This document shows positions 23,064 to 33,300 of a stretch of DNA of 64,000 bases, piece by piece. Below the pieces are notes generated by a model, which saw nothing but the letters and a program-made list of their open reading frames with translations, did no database searches and was not told the origin of the DNA. The stretch comes from Dehalococcoidia bacterium (GTDB lineage: Bacteria > Chloroflexota > Dehalococcoidia > Bin125). The first letter of the stretch is position 1; each line of letters starts with the position of its first letter. The DNA lies in contig OZ253504.1 in NCBI GenBank assembly GCA_965262235.1, forward strand, positions 13,081 through 77,080, written 5' to 3'. Position numbers and translations under genes: made by a program.

Positions 23064-24197
23064 ATGACCACCGTGACGCCATCCCTCCACGGCGATGCGG
23101 AGATGGATGAACCCATCGACGATGAGGCGCTGAAAAGCGACGCCGACCAAGAAATCCCGGGCATCGAGCGATACGAAATCGGCTTCTACGGAACCGACTT
23201 TCCCGTCGATGCCCTATACAAGCGGTTGTCGACGAGCGAGGAAAACGCGGAGGGCGACATCTATATCCCCGACTTCCAACGAGGATACGTCTGGACGAAG
23301 AGACAGGCCGACAGATTTATCGAGTCCCTGCTCCTCGGGCTTCCAGTCCCTGGGATTTTCCTATCCACGGATCGTCGGACTAGTCGCCGTTTCGTAATTG
23401 ACGGCGGCCAGCGACTGCGAACGATAAAGGCGTTCATGGACGGCAAGTTCAGGGATTCAGACTACACTCTCGGAAAAGGGGTACACGAGGACTTTGAGGG
23501 CAAGCGCTATACCGATCTCACACCGAGCGATCGTCGTCGATTTGATGACGCGATCATTCACGCCACCATCGTCCGGCAAGACCTACCAGAGCGCGGCGAT
23601 CGCTCTCTCTTTTATTTATTTGAGAGGCTTAACACGGGTGGGACACCGGCAGCCGCACACGAAGTTCGACGAAGCCTCTGGGGCGGTTCGTTAAATGTGC
23701 TGATCACGAAGCTCGCAGATAACCGAAACTGGCGCACTGTTTACGGCCGTCCTTCACCTCGGCTCAAAGATCAAGAGCTCATACTCCGTTTCTTCGCTCT
23801 CTACGTAGACGAAAGCCGTTATGGGAACACCGATCAGCGTACGATGAAGGACTTCCTGTCGTCGTTCATGGCTCGGCACCGAGAAATTGCCGAAGATACA
23901 GCTAAGGGATGGTCGGACGCATTCGAAGAGATCATCAAGTTGATTGATGAAGCGTTCGGACACGAGGCGTTCCGACCGGAGGGTAGGCTGAACGCGGCGG
24001 TGTACGACGCCGTCATGGTTGGGCTGGCGCACGCCCGGGACGGGGAGGGGCTGCCCGAGCTGAACGCGCTTCGCTCGGTATATGGTGGACTCATCGCGAA
24101 CAAGGAATTCCATGCCGCGACCAGTGACCGGACCTCCCATCAACCGAATGTCCAGAAACGGCTTCAGCTCGCACGGGCTGCCTTCCGACCGCGGTGA
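23064..24197 (+). CDS. DUF262 (ParB/GmrSD N-terminal-like) domain protein
   Basis: 'FVIDGGQRLRTI' (DGQQR-like motif). Start set at the ATG at 23064, 10 nt after GGGAGGA. GC is lower than the flanks. No DUF1524/HNH half present. Confidence 0.75.
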   Translation: MTTVTPSLHGDAEMDEPIDDEALKSDADQEIPGIERYEIGFYGTDFPVDALYKRLSTSEENAEGDIYIPDFQRGYVWTKRQADRFIESLLLGLPVPGIFLSTDRRTSRRFVIDGGQRLRTIKAFMDGKFRDSDYTLGKGVHEDFEGKRYTDLTPSDRRRFDDAIIHATIVRQDLPERGDRSLFYLFERLNTGGTPAAAHEVRRSLWGGSLNVLITKLADNRNWRTVYGRPSPRLKDQELILRFFALYVDESRYGNTDQRTMKDFLSSFMARHREIAEDTAKGWSDAFEEIIKLIDEAFGHEAFRPEGRLNAAVYDAVMVGLAHARDGEGLPELNALRSVYGGLIANKEFHAATSDRTSHQPNVQKRLQLARAAFRPR

Positions 24198-24206
24198 CGT
24201 AACTAG

Positions 24207-24671
24207 ATGTCTGCATCCTCAGGGCAGGATCCGCACAGTGCCCGGCTCGGTGAGGCCTTTAACCGCGCCGACAGACTCGCAGGCGAACCGGAAATCCAAG
24301 CCGACTATGCCCGATATCTCTGCGTCCTGGTCACTGGGTACCTCGAGCAGGCGGTTACCTTAGTCATCTTGAAGTACGTCGATGGTGTGGGGGATCAGCG
24401 TATCAGCAGGTATGTAGCCAGCACCCTAAACCGAGAGGGAAGTATGCAAGCCCCTCGAATTTTGGCGCTCGTTGGTCGCCTCGATGAAGGCTGGCACTCG
24501 CAGTTGAACGTAAAGCTCTCGCCGCAGCACCGTGAGGCCATCGGAAGTGCATACGCAAGTCGGAATAAGATCGTGCATGGCGAGGATGTGGACCTTACCT
24601 ATCGGCGGGTTCGCGACTACTACGACTTGGTTCGGGAAGCGGTCGGCTTTCTTGAGGAAGTTGTTCAATAG
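24207..24671 (+). CDS. HEPN-like small protein (R-x4-HG motif) partnered with the DUF262 gene
   Basis: 154 aa, beginning 10 nt after the DUF262 stop. C-terminal 'ASRNKIVHGED' fits the HEPN Rx4-6H signature. Helical composition. Confidence 0.45.
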   Translation: MSASSGQDPHSARLGEAFNRADRLAGEPEIQADYARYLCVLVTGYLEQAVTLVILKYVDGVGDQRISRYVASTLNREGSMQAPRILALVGRLDEGWHSQLNVKLSPQHREAIGSAYASRNKIVHGEDVDLTYRRVRDYYDLVREAVGFLEEVVQ

Positions 24672-24931
24672 ACCACAACCGGCTCAGCACTACCTGACGA
24701 TTCCATAATGATTGAGCTAGTTAGGGTCGGCGGGTGCGCTGTAGGGTCGGTCTAGCTGGGTGACACTGTCCGGCCCTGACCTCGGATCGAGTCCTCGGAC
24801 GCGATCCCAGACGCCATTCACGCGCACGAGTGATCCGACGGCCGACCAGTCAGACATCGTCCGGCAAGGTGGCCCGCCGGAGTCAGGCACCCGACCAACC
24901 CAAAGCATGACTACCCGAGGGAGCATCCCCC

Positions 24932-25363
24932 ATGAGTGAACTCGACCGCGATCTCGATCGAAACGCCGAGTCGACCAATCGTCTGCGAGACGTGGTTGGC
25001 CGACTCGGACAGCAGGACTTGGAACGCTCACTCGGGGACGGCTGGACGGTCGGCTTTGCGCTCGTCCACCTGGCGTTCTGGGATGCGCGCCAACACTTGG
25101 CGTTGCGGAGATTTGCACGAGGTGAGGGATTTCCATCCGAGGATGTGATGACGAACGCCACGTTGGCGTCGCTGACGTCGGTCTTTCGAGCCGACGCAGC
25201 CGGAGATGCGGCTGTCTGGGCAACCGAACAGCTCGACGCGACCGTGCGGAGCCTGACAGACGAGCAGCTCAGCTCCTTGCGTGATGCGGGATTCGAATAC
25301 GCAATCAAGCGCTGGCCGCACCGCGAGGAGCATCTTGCGCAGGTGGAGGCCGTCTTGCCCTGA
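24932..25363 (+). CDS. Hypothetical protein (possibly a DinB/YfiT-like helical bundle)
   Basis: 143-aa ORF with high GC3. The assignment is weak. Confidence 0.3.
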   Translation: MSELDRDLDRNAESTNRLRDVVGRLGQQDLERSLGDGWTVGFALVHLAFWDARQHLALRRFARGEGFPSEDVMTNATLASLTSVFRADAAGDAAVWATEQLDATVRSLTDEQLSSLRDAGFEYAIKRWPHREEHLAQVEAVLP

Positions 25364-25389
25364 GCCGACCTCACCGCCTAGGTGTTAGG

Positions 25390-26178
25390 TCAGGCTGGCG
25401 GTAGGGCAAGGAGCCTAGGCAAGAACGGAAGCGCCCTTGGGAACCGGGTCTCGAAGTACTTCTGGGCACGCTCGGGGAGCCACACTTCATTGAAGTACCT
25501 CCTGAACTCAGGAAGGAGGTCGATGGGGTAGAGCCTAGCTTCCACCGGTATCCTCGATTCGTCCGCGAACTCGTGCTGGTACGTGGGGAACTTGGATGGG
25601 TCGATGCCCTTGCGTCTCAGGAAGTCCGAGAACATACGACCGGCCGAGATGTCGGGCATCATCTTGTCGGGTGGGATGACCCCGGCGTCCTCAAGGGGCG
25701 CGAACAGGTTGAGGTAGATCTCATTGAGCATCGAGAAGTGCGTGTGGGGTATCTTGGCCCGGTTCTTCATGAACCGCTGTACATGGACGGGCATGTAGCC
25801 CTGAACCCGTCCCATCATCCAATCGCCAACCCACCGGCTCACCCTCACTGCAAACACAGGGGAGAGCCACTGCCCCAGATTGATCGCCACCTGAGGATGT
25901 ACCCATGTACCTTGGAGGCGGTTATCTCCGCCCTTGATAATCTGCACGAGTTCCGATGTGGGAATTCCCACATCGGACGAGAGCTCGTTCAGGAACTCCT
26001 TGGTTTCAGCGAGCCGATGGTAGTCACCAAAGCACTTTCCAACCTGCTTGCACAGGTCCGTGGCGTGGATGTAGCCGTCCTTCGCGCGCTGCGGGACGAC
26101 CTCTCCAGCGACGGGGTGTTCGATGAGGAGTTGGGGCTGCACGATGTCGAGCGCTCGGCTGGCGGGGCGCTGTTTCAT
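25390..26178 (-). CDS. KilA-N domain protein (phage-associated APSES-type DNA-binding domain)
   Basis: 'IEHPVAGEVVPQRAKDGYIHATDLCKQVGK...WLSPVFAVRVSRWV' matches KilA-N. Start reassigned to the ATG at 26178, which has a GGAGG 6 nt upstream; the ORF track extends it to 26373. Confidence 0.65.
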   Translation of the reverse strand: MKQRPASRALDIVQPQLLIEHPVAGEVVPQRAKDGYIHATDLCKQVGKCFGDYHRLAETKEFLNELSSDVGIPTSELVQIIKGGDNRLQGTWVHPQVAINLGQWLSPVFAVRVSRWVGDWMMGRVQGYMPVHVQRFMKNRAKIPHTHFSMLNEIYLNLFAPLEDAGVIPPDKMMPDISAGRMFSDFLRRKGIDPSKFPTYQHEFADESRIPVEARLYPIDLLPEFRRYFNEVWLPERAQKYFETRFPRALPFLPRLLALPPA

Positions 26179-26620
26179 GGTTTGCCTCCATGGCGATTCA
26201 GGAGTAGTACGCATCTCAGGCCCAGCATACACAGGGCGGTCGCCCAAGCCGGTCTCGACAACTAACCACAGGGAGCCGAGTGAACGCCCCCTCGTCTCTC
26301 GCCATCGAGGGGGGCAAACATCCTCAGCAGAGCCGGGCAGGACTATAGACCAGTGACCGGACTTGTGGCCCACGGGAGGTCAGTGATGGCGGAATCAGCG
26401 GCCAAGAATCGCAGTCCAAGGCGTCCGCCCTCGCGGGAGTGGCACCCAGACGCGACACCGAAGGAGGTGGCGCGGGCGATGTTCGGGGCGGTGGAGCCGC
26501 CGGACCCGAGCCGTCAGGGGCAGCGTCCGTAGCTCGGCAGGTCTACCTTATGATTCCCCTCGGGAGTTGACAGGGCGCCGTATCGGCTGCCGGAAATCGA
26601 TGGTGCAAGGGAGGCGACGC

Positions 26621-27136
26621 ATGCGTATCGACATTGGCCAGTGGCAGGTCCGGAGCTATCGCGTCGACGATGCTCCGCCTCTGGCCAGGTACGCCGACAA
26701 TCGCAACATCTCGCGGAACCTGCGAGACACGTTTCCTTACCCGTACACGCTGTCCGATGCGGATGACTGGATCAGTCTCGTGATGCAGCAGTCGCCGGAA
26801 GTGAACTTTGCCATCGCTTCACAGGACGAGCTGATTGGCGGCATCGGGCTGACGTTGCAGGACGACATCCATCGACGCTCGGCGGAGATCGGCTACTGGC
26901 TGGGAGAGCCGTTCTGGGGTCGGGGCATCGCCACGGCCGCGTTGCGGGCGCTCACCGACTACGCCTTCGCGAATCACGACATCGTGCGGCTGGACGCGGG
27001 GGTCTTTGAGTGGAACCCGGCCTCGATGCGAGTGCTGGAGAAGGTCGGCTACGTCCTGGAAGGCCGATTGCGCAAGAGCATCACCAAGGATGGTCAGACG
27101 ATCGATCAGTTCCTCTACGGGAGGGTGCTTGATTGA
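26621..27136 (+). CDS. GNAT family N-acetyltransferase (RimJ/RimL-like)
   Basis: 'IGYWLGEPFWGRGIATAALRALTDYAF' is the acetyl-CoA binding motif A. The ATG at 26621 follows AAGGGAGG. Confidence 0.8.
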   Translation: MRIDIGQWQVRSYRVDDAPPLARYADNRNISRNLRDTFPYPYTLSDADDWISLVMQQSPEVNFAIASQDELIGGIGLTLQDDIHRRSAEIGYWLGEPFWGRGIATAALRALTDYAFANHDIVRLDAGVFEWNPASMRVLEKVGYVLEGRLRKSITKDGQTIDQFLYGRVLD

Positions 27137-27222
27137 GTTGGCTCGCGTCGCACGGTCCCGAACTGGACCTGCCCCGCGAGTGAATCCCCCAAAAGACTCG
27201 GCGAGTACCTATCCTCGCGGGA

Positions 27223-27723
27223 ATGAGCGGGGCAGCGATGATCAGCCCTAGTCGTTGGACGACGCGGTTCCCAGTCTTGATCGCGCTGTTGGCGGTCGCT
27301 GTCCTGGTTGGCGCCGCGTGTGGTGGCGACGATGGGAATGGATACGGGGCGAGCGAAGCCCCTGCTGACGAACCCGCGGCTGACCAATCCGTAGCGGTGA
27401 CCGGCGGCGACTCGCCGGAGGCCGAGCTCCCAGGGGAGCAGCTGTTCATTGCCAACTGTTCGATGTGTCATGGCATGAATGCAACGGGGACTGCTCAGGG
27501 ACCGCCGCTCGTCCATGAGATCTACGAGCCGGGTCACCATCCCGATGCCAGCTTCGTTATTGCGGTCGCCCGCGGAGTGCGACAACACCATTGGCAGTTC
27601 GGCAACATGCCGGCCGTGCCCGACCTGTCGATCGACGAGATTCAGGAGGTCATCTGTTTCGTGCGAAATCTCCAGGTGGCCGATGGCATGATCGCCGAGT
27701 TGCCGGCATCAACCCGGTGCTGA
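27223..27723 (+). CDS. c-type cytochrome (mono-haem), probable lipoprotein
   Basis: Haem-binding 'CSMCHG', lipobox-like 'LVGAACGG', and Met 'GNMPA' as the distal ligand. Confidence 0.7.
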   Translation: MSGAAMISPSRWTTRFPVLIALLAVAVLVGAACGGDDGNGYGASEAPADEPAADQSVAVTGGDSPEAELPGEQLFIANCSMCHGMNATGTAQGPPLVHEIYEPGHHPDASFVIAVARGVRQHHWQFGNMPAVPDLSIDEIQEVICFVRNLQVADGMIAELPASTRC

Positions 27724-27733
27724 GCACCACGAA

Positions 27734-27919
27734 GTGCTGCGGCCGCTGTCCCTGCTTGGCGGGGGCGTCCTCCTCGCTACCGACAACATGCTCCCCTTCC
27801 AACGCGGCGTCCAGGAGTTGCAGGATCTGCCGCTGAAGCACCACCTCAAGGAGGGCTGGCTCGGAGAGGACGCGGCGCGACTGTTTGCGCAGGTGCAGGA
27901 ACGAGTAGCGGGGTTGTGA
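27734..27919 (+). pseudogene. 3' remnant of an amidohydrolase-2 paralog (C-terminal about 60 codons only)
   Basis: 'LATDNMLPFQRGVQELQDLPLKHHLKEGWLGEDAARLFAQV' is about 75% identical to the C-terminus of the 21974-22861 product. The N-terminal ~235 codons are absent. Confidence 0.6.
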
Positions 27920-28052
27920 GAGAATGCGTGTCGGCTCGGAGAACGAGCCCTCATAAGGGGCGCATTGGTCGGAGCCATGACAATACTACCTATGATGGAG
28001 TGGGGTGTCGCAATGCCAGATTCGCCGTCGGTAGTGCACGCAGGAGGATTCG

Positions 28053-28274
28053 ATGCCCAAGATGCATCTCGCCTCGATGCTGGTTGTGGCGATGTTCGTC
28101 GGTGCGGCCGGTGTCGGATCGCTTTGGGCTCAGACAACTGAAGAAGCCACACCGCTTGTCCGGATCAACGCCCGTAGTCTTTCGGATGGATTGACGAAGT
28201 TCGGGCTACAACGCCGGGAAAATGGGCATCTGGGGAGAGCGAATCTTACCTACCAGGTGATTTCTTACCGGTAA
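28053..28274 (+). CDS. Small hypothetical secreted protein (low-GC patch)
   Basis: 73 aa with a signal-like 'MLVVAMFVGAAGVGSLWAQT'. The region 27950-28860 is AT-richer than the background. Confidence 0.25.
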   Translation: MPKMHLASMLVVAMFVGAAGVGSLWAQTTEEATPLVRINARSLSDGLTKFGLQRRENGHLGRANLTYQVISYR

Positions 28275-29088
28275 CGCGTCGGTCGGGCGGTGGTTGAACT
28301 CTTTGCCAGCTTCGCTCTCAGACATAGCTGATAGACACGGCAGCTCGGTTGAAGGTGCCACGCTTCGAAACCTATACGCTCGCGAATATGTGGATTCGCT
28401 GATCGTCACAGCGGTGTCGAGTGACCGTCTCTTCGACATTCTCGAACTGCGAATTCAATGTGAGTTCGGCCGACTATCGGCGGACTCCTCTGCGTTTACG
28501 TGCGGACCAGGCTACGCGAATGCGTCTTTGGATCGAGATCATGGTTACGCACTCGGTATTGATGGAGCCGAGTACGCTGAGTCCCACTTCATCGTCGGTC
28601 GCAGAAGCGTGAGGCATTCGGATGCCGAGCCCTCCGTTCAGCGCCTGTCGAAAGCAAAGTGATTGCCGATCGTTATGTACAAATGGGACGGAGGCTACAT
28701 CACCGGAACGCTCCATGTGCAGGACATGTTTAGTGTGGCAGGCACGCATGACGTCCTCGCTTGCGATTAATCTCTTCTGCTGAGTGGCCCGGTTAGCAGT
28801 AGCCACCCTCGTGTGGACTGCGTATGGTAGCCTCGACTCAACTGCTGAAGGAACCTAGTTGCCGGGAGGAAGCACAATGGACGCTGAGTATGTCAAACGC
28901 TACGCACGCCAGCAAGTAGAGATCGAACTCGACGAGCAGCGCATGCGGGAACGACTTGAGCGAATCGTTTCGCTGCGTATCGATCAGATCGTGGCAGAGG
29001 TCGTCGAAGGAGAATTTTCTCCTGGAATCAAGGCGATGGTTCGGACACAGATCTTGTCCCAAGGCGCGGGCAGCGCGGAAGGTGAGTG

Positions 29089-30288
29089 CTAGCCCACGAC
29101 TCCGTCTCGCCTGAGCCTGGCGATCGCCTCGGGGGCACAGCCGATTTCCTGGAGGAGATCGTCCGTGTCCTGGCCGAGTTCGGGGCCGAGGCATTTGACT
29201 TGGCCCTGGACGCCGTTTGCGCGGACTGGGGAACCGACGGTGGTTAGCGTGCCGAAGCGCTCGTCTTCGAACTGGACGATGTACTCGTTGGCGGCGGCTT
29301 GCTCGTCCTCGGCGATCATCGGGTAGTCCTGGATGAGCGTGCTGGGTACCTCTTCGTCGTCGAAGCGGGTCGGCCATTCGGCGGCCGGGCGCGTGCAGAG
29401 AGTGGCCGCGACTTCGCGTCTGAGCTCCTCGCGGTTGGTAATTCGGTCGGCGACCGTGACGAAGCGCGGGTCGGTGACCAGGTCTTCGCGCTCGAGCGCC
29501 CGGCACATCGGCGCCCAGCGGTCGGTGATGTAGCCGACGAACAGCCAGTCGCCGTCGGAGCCCTGCGCTTGCAACGTGAACATGTTGGCGATCGGCATGT
29601 TCCTCGCCATTGGCACCACGTTGCCGTTGGCGATCGCGTTGATCGCCGGCGCCCTGCCCCAGATCTGGCTGCCGTACAGCGATGTCTGCACGAACTGGCC
29701 TTCACCGGTGCGCTCGCGGGCGACCAGCCCGCTGGCGATGGCGAAGGCGAAGATCATGCCGCCGGTCTGGTCGGGATCGGGTGCGGCCACATTCGCGTCC
29801 GGCCTGCCACCGTTCTCGCCGCGGATGCCATTCGGCCACATCCCGCCGCCGGCGGCGCCGGCGACCGAGGCCCACGAAGTCGCTCTGGCGCGCGGCCCCT
29901 GCGGTCCGAAGCCGCTCGCGCTCGCATAGACGAGCTTTGAGTTGCGCGCGCGCAGGTCGTCCCAGCCCAGACCGAGACGATCCATCACGCCCGGCTTGAA
30001 GTTCTCAGTGACCACGTCGACGCGTTTCACGAGTTCGTAGATCAGGTCGCGTCCCTCGGGCGCGCGCAGATCGACGGCGATGCTGCGCTTGCCCCGATGG
30101 TGGGTGTGGAAGTACTGCGAGAACCCGTCCTCGCGCTGAGCCACATGCCGCGACGGATCGCCGACATGCATTCGTTCCACTTTGATCACTTCGGCGCCGA
30201 GGTCGGACATCAGCACCGTCGCCGACGGGCCTTGTTGGAACTGCGTGAAGTCGAGCACTCGGATGCCCTCGAGCAATTGGTCGGTCAT
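29089..30288 (-). CDS. CoA-transferase family III protein (CaiB/BaiF), second paralog
   Basis: 399 aa with 'IRVLDFTQFQQGPSATVLMSDLGAEVIKVE' and 'LVYASASGFGPQGP'. Confidence 0.85.
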   Translation of the reverse strand: MTDQLLEGIRVLDFTQFQQGPSATVLMSDLGAEVIKVERMHVGDPSRHVAQREDGFSQYFHTHHRGKRSIAVDLRAPEGRDLIYELVKRVDVVTENFKPGVMDRLGLGWDDLRARNSKLVYASASGFGPQGPRARATSWASVAGAAGGGMWPNGIRGENGGRPDANVAAPDPDQTGGMIFAFAIASGLVARERTGEGQFVQTSLYGSQIWGRAPAINAIANGNVVPMARNMPIANMFTLQAQGSDGDWLFVGYITDRWAPMCRALEREDLVTDPRFVTVADRITNREELRREVAATLCTRPAAEWPTRFDDEEVPSTLIQDYPMIAEDEQAAANEYIVQFEDERFGTLTTVGSPVRANGVQGQVKCLGPELGQDTDDLLQEIGCAPEAIARLRRDGVVG

Positions 30289-30398
30289 GATTCATCTCTC
30301 CATCAGTTGGGATGAATATACGTCAGGCGAAGCCGGCACGACGGCGGCAGCGCCAACAACGGCGACCACGCTCTGCGCGATGATCCGCTGTCAGCCTG

Positions 30399-33300
30399 TC
30401 AGTTCGGGCTGCCGCCGGTGGGCGTCGTGATCGCTGTGAGATTGCGTTTCGCGACCAGCGACTGGCGAGCTGCCAGTCCCCCCGCGAATCGGTCGAGGAA
30501 GGGTTGGCTGAGGAAGTCGGGATGGTCGGGGAAGAATCCGGTCCAACCGTCCCTCGTGTAGTGGTAGAGCGCGTCGACGGAGAGACTGCGGGCGCACTCC
30601 GCCAGCCCATCGATGCTGCCGCCGGTGTAGATCACGGCGCTGAGCGGCGCCTCGGTGAGACCGGGGAGGCAGCGCGCGCTGCCCTCGGGGGCGCGTTTGG
30701 CGATCAGCGCCTCGCCAGGCGCCGGGCCGTCCGGGAACCGCTCGCGGAAGGGCTGGCTGAGGAAGGTGGCATATCCGGGGAAGAATCCGGTCCAGCCATC
30801 ATCAGTGCGGCTATAGAGCGTGTCGACGGAGAGATCGCGAGCGCAATCCTCGAGCTCAGCCAGGCTGCCGCCGATGTAGGTGACGAGACTGAGGTGCTCA
30901 TCGGTGAGACCCGAGAGGCAGTTCTCGCTGCCGGCGGTCGCGCGCCTGGCGATCAGCGCCTGGCCAGCCACCACACCATTCGCGAAGCGGTCGCGGAAGG
31001 GCTGACTGAGGAACGCGGGGTAGTCGGGGAAGAAGCCGGTCCAGCTGTTGTCTGTGTAGTTGTAGAGCGTGTCCACGGAAAGATCGCGAGCGCAATCCGC
31101 GAGGTCAGCCAGGCTGCCGCCGATGTAGGTGACGAGACTGAGGCCCACCTCGGTCAGACCGGCGAGGCAGTGCCGGAGCCATACCCGGTAGACGCGCTCG
31201 CGGCTGCCGTCCGGAGAGATCACGGTGACAGCGATTACCAGCCCGTCCGACACCGCCACCTGGTGACCGTTGTCGGGGTTGGCGTCAGCGTCGGCCGGCA
31301 CGATCGTGACCGTGGCCTCCTCCTGGATCCCCGTGGCCTCCAGCGTTGTCTCGGTCAGACCACTGCTGAGGATGGCGGCGTATGACTTCCGTGCTGGTGA
31401 GAACTGACCGAACGCGATCCCGCTGAGCGATAGCGTCTCGAGCCGCGCGTCGATCGCGTCGGGCATGTTGTAGGTGTAGACTCTGTCGTCCCCGTCGTCG
31501 ACGACGTAGATCACCCCGCCGTCGGACCAGATGCCGCGCGGGTCGCCGTTGCCGGCGCGCAGCAACTGCTGGAAGTCGAACTCCTCCGCCTCGATTCGAT
31601 CGAGCGTCTCGCCGTTGATGCGGTACGCGAAGATACGATTGGCGCCGTCATCGGAGACCCACAGTGTGACGCCGTCGGACCAGATGCCCCGCGGGTCGGC
31701 GTTGAAGTCGTCGAGTTCGTATTCGGTGATCAGTTCGCCAGTTTCGAGGTCGTAGGCAAAGATCGACTCTCTGCGGTTGTCGAGGACGTAGATCACCTCG
31801 CCGTCGGACCAGATGTCGCGCGGGTCACGGTTGTCCTCATGGAGGTCGATATCGAGCTCGGGCACGCGGTCGCCGGTGACGATGTCGTAGGCGAAGAGCA
31901 CGTCCTGGCCGCTGTCGGAGACCCACATTGTTTGGCCGTCGGACCAGATGCCATGGGAGAATCGGTTTCTCTGGTCGAGTTCGAACTCGAGCTCCTCCAC
32001 GCGCTCGCCGGTGTCGAGGTCGTAGACGAAGATATCGTCGGGGCCGGAGGTCGCGTTCTGGAGGACCCAGAGCATCGCTCCGTTGCCCCAGATTCCTGTG
32101 GGCTCGGTGTGGTCGCCGTGCAGTGAGTCGATGTCGCGGGTGACGTTCCACGTAAAATCGACGTCGGATGGGACCGGTTTGGGCGCTGGACCGCCGCCTC
32201 CGCCTCCGCCTCCTCCGCCTCCGCCTCCTCCGCCACCGCCGCCGCCGCCGCCGCCGCCGGTTCCGCCGGTTCCGTCCGGATCGGCGGGCTCGGTACGGAA
32301 GGTGATTCGTTCCACGCCGCGCGTGAATCCATCGTCGAGCGAGGCTTCGAGGATGTACTCCTGGTCGGGGATCAGGTTGGCGACGGTGATCTCGGCCGTG
32401 TGGTCAGTCGTTTCTCCCATCGCAGTCTTCATCTCCGTCGCCCCTCGGCCCACTGCCCCCTTGGTGGTCGTCCCCACTGCCTCGTCAGACACCGGGCCAT
32501 AGCGGAGGTGCACCGTCTCCTCTGCGGTACCGGGCTCACCGATCTTGACAATCGCCTTAGCGGACTCGTCGGTCACATCCTTGACCGTCACCTCGATCAC
32601 CTTCGGCGTGGAGAAGGTGGCCGCGACCGGGCTGGCGAAGTCGGAACTGAGCGACGCCTGTAGGTCATACGTCGTGCTGACCATGAAGGTCGTGATGTCG
32701 CGCGTTGCAGTTTCCGTACCACTGAGTTCCAGCGGTGGGTCGCTCCATGCGGCGGCGGCGTGCTCCCGATACCGCACGAAGACCGTTTGAACCTGACTCT
32801 CCGCGTCGAGGATGGTGACGGTGACGGTCGCCTTCACGGCGGCGCCGGACCCCGACTGCGTGATATCCGTCACGCTGACGTCGGTGAGCGTGGGATCGAA
32901 CGCCGAGGTGGAGAAGGTGTCCGACACGATCGGCGTCGCGTCGAACGGGGTGCTGAACGCCGCCGTCACCTCGTACTCGGTCGACGGAGACAGGCCGGAG
33001 AGGGTCAGCGTGTGTCTGGACGTGTCGGCGGCGAAGTCGACGGGCGCGCTCCATGAGCCGGACGGCGTGCCCGTCGTGCGATAGCCCACGTAGACGGTGC
33101 TGCCATCCGGGTCATCGACCGTGACCGTAACCGTGGCCTCGGACGACGAATCGCTCGTGGCGGTGACGCTCACGATCTCCGGAACTGGTCCGTCGGTCGT
33201 GAAGGTGGTCTGTTGCGTGCCGATCGTAAACGTCGAGTCGAGCGACGCCTGCACGTCGTACTGGGTGCCGGCAGTCAGAGACGTGAGCTCGATCGTTGCG

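Noticed and set aside
30402-31169. Tandem DNA repeats as a possible CRISPR array or non-coding satellite
   Set aside because: Units are about 249-270 bp, lie in frame within the giant ORF, and encode a conserved protein module. No short spacer-repeat periodicity appears anywhere in the window.
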